Shown here: positions 32,432 through 33,971 of the stretch, piece by piece
Numbering within the stretch: the first letter of the stretch is position 1
Layout of the letters: each line of letters begins with the position of its first letter
DNA from: an uncultured Methanosarcinales archaeon
GTDB taxonomy: Archaea; Nanobdellota; Nanobdellia; Woesearchaeales; GW2011-AR9
Length of the DNA stretch: 33,971 nucleotides
Direction of reading: 5' to 3'
Assembly: GCA_964360115.1 (NCBI GenBank)
Contig: CAYHVV010000002.1
Location: 1 to 33,971 of the forward strand
The notes under the pieces: generated by a model
Seen by the model: only the letters and a program-made list of their open reading frames with translations
Database searches by the model: none
What the model was told of the DNA's origin: nothing
Program-made: the position numbers and the translations under genes

Positions 32432-33574
32432 TCACTTTTCTTCCACACTTACAACATTCTTCTCAACTTTAAAGGCAACTGGAAGGAATTTCTCCAGCAC
32501 ATACATATTTGTTTCTGCGTGTTTACTTAGTTCTCTGGCTTTCATTTTGGATCCGGGCAATAGTCCCATGAACTGAATCAATTGGTCAGCCAGATGATAA
32601 TCTACAGCAGAATTATCATCTATCTGTTTCTTTAATTCTTCTGCTGCCTCTTTGCCGATTTCTTCAGAACTTTTATTTTTCTCGACGATAGCATCACCTG
32701 CAAGAAGAATGGGATTATCGTAATCAACTTTCCCTTCTTTACTAAACACGCCCCATACTAACACTTCCCCGCCAATACTCTCCGCTTTAGCGTATTCCAC
32801 CCGAATGTTAACTGGGACATTATAATGCTTTACACTTCCAACTACTGCGTTTCTTATTCTTTCACCGACTTCTTTCTCCTGTAATTCTGCAGATACATTT
32901 ACGATGCCGCGAATTTGTTCAAGTTTTCCTTGTCCGACCAAGGTTATCTTTGGAACCTTAAACGGTAATTCTTCTGCAAGAGCAGAAAATGATGCGTATT
33001 TGTGAATATTGAAACGAGGACTGATTTCTAATTTTATTTGACCCTGGCCTTTAGGATAATAACCGCGCTTGAGGATTTTTATCTCTATTTTTTCTACGAA
33101 CCGATTAAGGTACGGCAGCAAAATATTTTGCAAGTAATCAACTGATGCCTGCCATTTGCCGCAAGTTCCACCAGTGATATTGAAGGTAACTTTTCCCGGA
33201 GCAAACAAGCTGGGCAGAATCAATGCTTGCAGTAATAAAGTAATACTTCCAGCCGTGCCGATGTCAAGATCATAAATGCCTTTCTTTATCTTTCCCGGCT
33301 TGAAATGAAGTTCAGTAGAACCTAAGTCAATGTTGTTAGTTTCTGCATGACAAAGTTCCTTCAACGCCTTGATAGCAGTAAGATGCTGCGCTTTCAATCC
33401 AGAATCGCTTCTGCCTGCTCGGATATTTGTTACTTTGAATTCTTGTCCGGTTAAAGCTGAGAGTGCTAGTGCAACCCGTACCAGAGCTCCACCGGCCTCA
33501 CCATAATTCCCATCAAGTTCTATTATTTTCCCTAAAGGTGTACTCTCCACGTTTTTTCTTTTCAATGACACCAT
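32432..33574 (-). CDS. rtcA: RNA 3'-terminal phosphate cyclase
   Basis: IIELDGNYGEAGGALVRVALALSALTGQEF, GLKAQHLTAIKAL, and the C-terminal AVDYHLADQLI. Confidence 0.9.
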   Translation of the reverse strand: MVSLKRKNVESTPLGKIIELDGNYGEAGGALVRVALALSALTGQEFKVTNIRAGRSDSGLKAQHLTAIKALKELCHAETNNIDLGSTELHFKPGKIKKGIYDLDIGTAGSITLLLQALILPSLFAPGKVTFNITGGTCGKWQASVDYLQNILLPYLNRFVEKIEIKILKRGYYPKGQGQIKLEISPRFNIHKYASFSALAEELPFKVPKITLVGQGKLEQIRGIVNVSAELQEKEVGERIRNAVVGSVKHYNVPVNIRVEYAKAESIGGEVLVWGVFSKEGKVDYDNPILLAGDAIVEKNKSSEEIGKEAAEELKKQIDDNSAVDYHLADQLIQFMGLLPGSKMKARELSKHAETNMYVLEKFLPVAFKVEKNVVSVEEK

Positions 33575-33971
33575 TTTCGCAAAAATATTTCAAATATCTT
33601 CCGGCTAAGTCAAAACTTCTTCCAGTTTTAACTATTTCTCTTCCCACTTCTCCGAAAGTAAAGTGTCCTTTCTCTTTATAAAATCTCCGCATCACTTCCA
33701 AAGCGTGTTTTTTCCCGTCCCCATTAGGAAGCTTTTTATTTTGATAAGAGGTAAGAGCTTTACTTAATTTTTTCTTTTTATCTTTTACTGTAAAGTTAAT
33801 ATGTTTGTAAAATTTCTGCAAGCTATCTTGATTGCCAAGTTCTATTTTCCATTTAGCAGTTATATTATTTTTCTTGGATAAGTAAATTCCAACCGAATAA
33901 GTTTTTGTTTCAATTCCAAAATTGAAGCTCCCCAACCCTAAAGGGTGGGGATTCTGACGATAGTTTTGGCA
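33513..33971 (-). CDS. hypothetical protein, degenerate LAGLIDADG-like segment plus C-terminal winged helix; possibly 5'-truncated by the window
   Basis: The track starts it at TTG 33935, but the frame stays open to base 33971 (CQNYRQNPHPLGLGSFNFGIETKTYSVGIYL...). GSFNFGIETKTYSVGIYLSKK...LQKFYKHINF resembles a LAGLIDADG beta-sheet lacking the acidic residue. GHFTFGEVGREIVKTGRSFDLAGRYLKYFCENGVIEKKKRGEYTF looks like a wHTH. It overlaps rtcA by 62 nt. Confidence 0.5.
   Translation of the reverse strand, partial: CQNYRQNPHPLGLGSFNFGIETKTYSVGIYLSKKNNITAKWKIELGNQDSLQKFYKHINFTVKDKKKKLSKALTSYQNKKLPNGDGKKHALEVMRRFYKEKGHFTFGEVGREIVKTGRSFDLAGRYLKYFCENGVIEKKKRGEYTFRENNRT

Noticed and set aside
33930-33950. 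Hairpin ccccaaccc-taaa-gggtgggg as a fourth member of the ATCCCAACC/GGGGTAT family
   Set aside because: Only the CCCAACC-like core is shared. It lacks the GGGGTAT flank and lies in an open reading frame. It is reported separately rather than as a family member.

Overview
AT-rich, gene-dense archaeal chromosome segment with about 48 CDS. I found no rRNA, tRNA or CRISPR array. The archaeal call rests on a PAN-type AAA ATPase, FEN1, aIF5B, aEF-1beta with its Zn-ribbon partner, tRNA-splicing endonuclease EndA, Trm1, Trm5 and RtcA. Small lysine-rich proteins and patchy metabolism suggest a reduced-genome (DPANN-like) archaeon, but that is inference. At least 14 genes carry a TATA-like octamer centred about 25-29 nt upstream of the ATG, implying leaderless mRNAs; other genes have GGAGG-type Shine-Dalgarno sites. 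Most of the window is housekeeping: a MacB-type ABC operon, a wHTH-TM-FEN1-CYTH-Trm5 operon, a PfkB-Fba-unknown-RpiB-Rpe sugar-phosphate cluster, and translation and tRNA-modification genes. Two accessory islets stand out. (i) 1-2100 holds a class-II-like Fic gene with its own palindrome-bracketed promoter, a probably truncated Bro-N gene, and a small HNH nuclease. A leaderless 43-aa ORF precedes the HNH gene and ends on a dnaX-type A_AAA_AAG slippery heptamer. Two extended hairpins of a repeat family follow the HNH gene, and the family recurs at 27045-27072. (ii) 28.2-30.0 kb holds a small-toxin / Zn-ribbon-AbrB antitoxin pair, a compositionally foreign (GC- and Arg-rich) 281-aa orphan, and a 106-bp MITE-like inverted-repeat element. 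A 15-nt direct duplication flanking a perfect 14-bp hairpin has rewritten the 3' end of radC, just upstream of the endA promoter. No known multi-gene defence system is recognisable. The candidates for something new are these islets and repeat elements, plus the uncharacterised genes embedded in the FEN1 and sugar operons.
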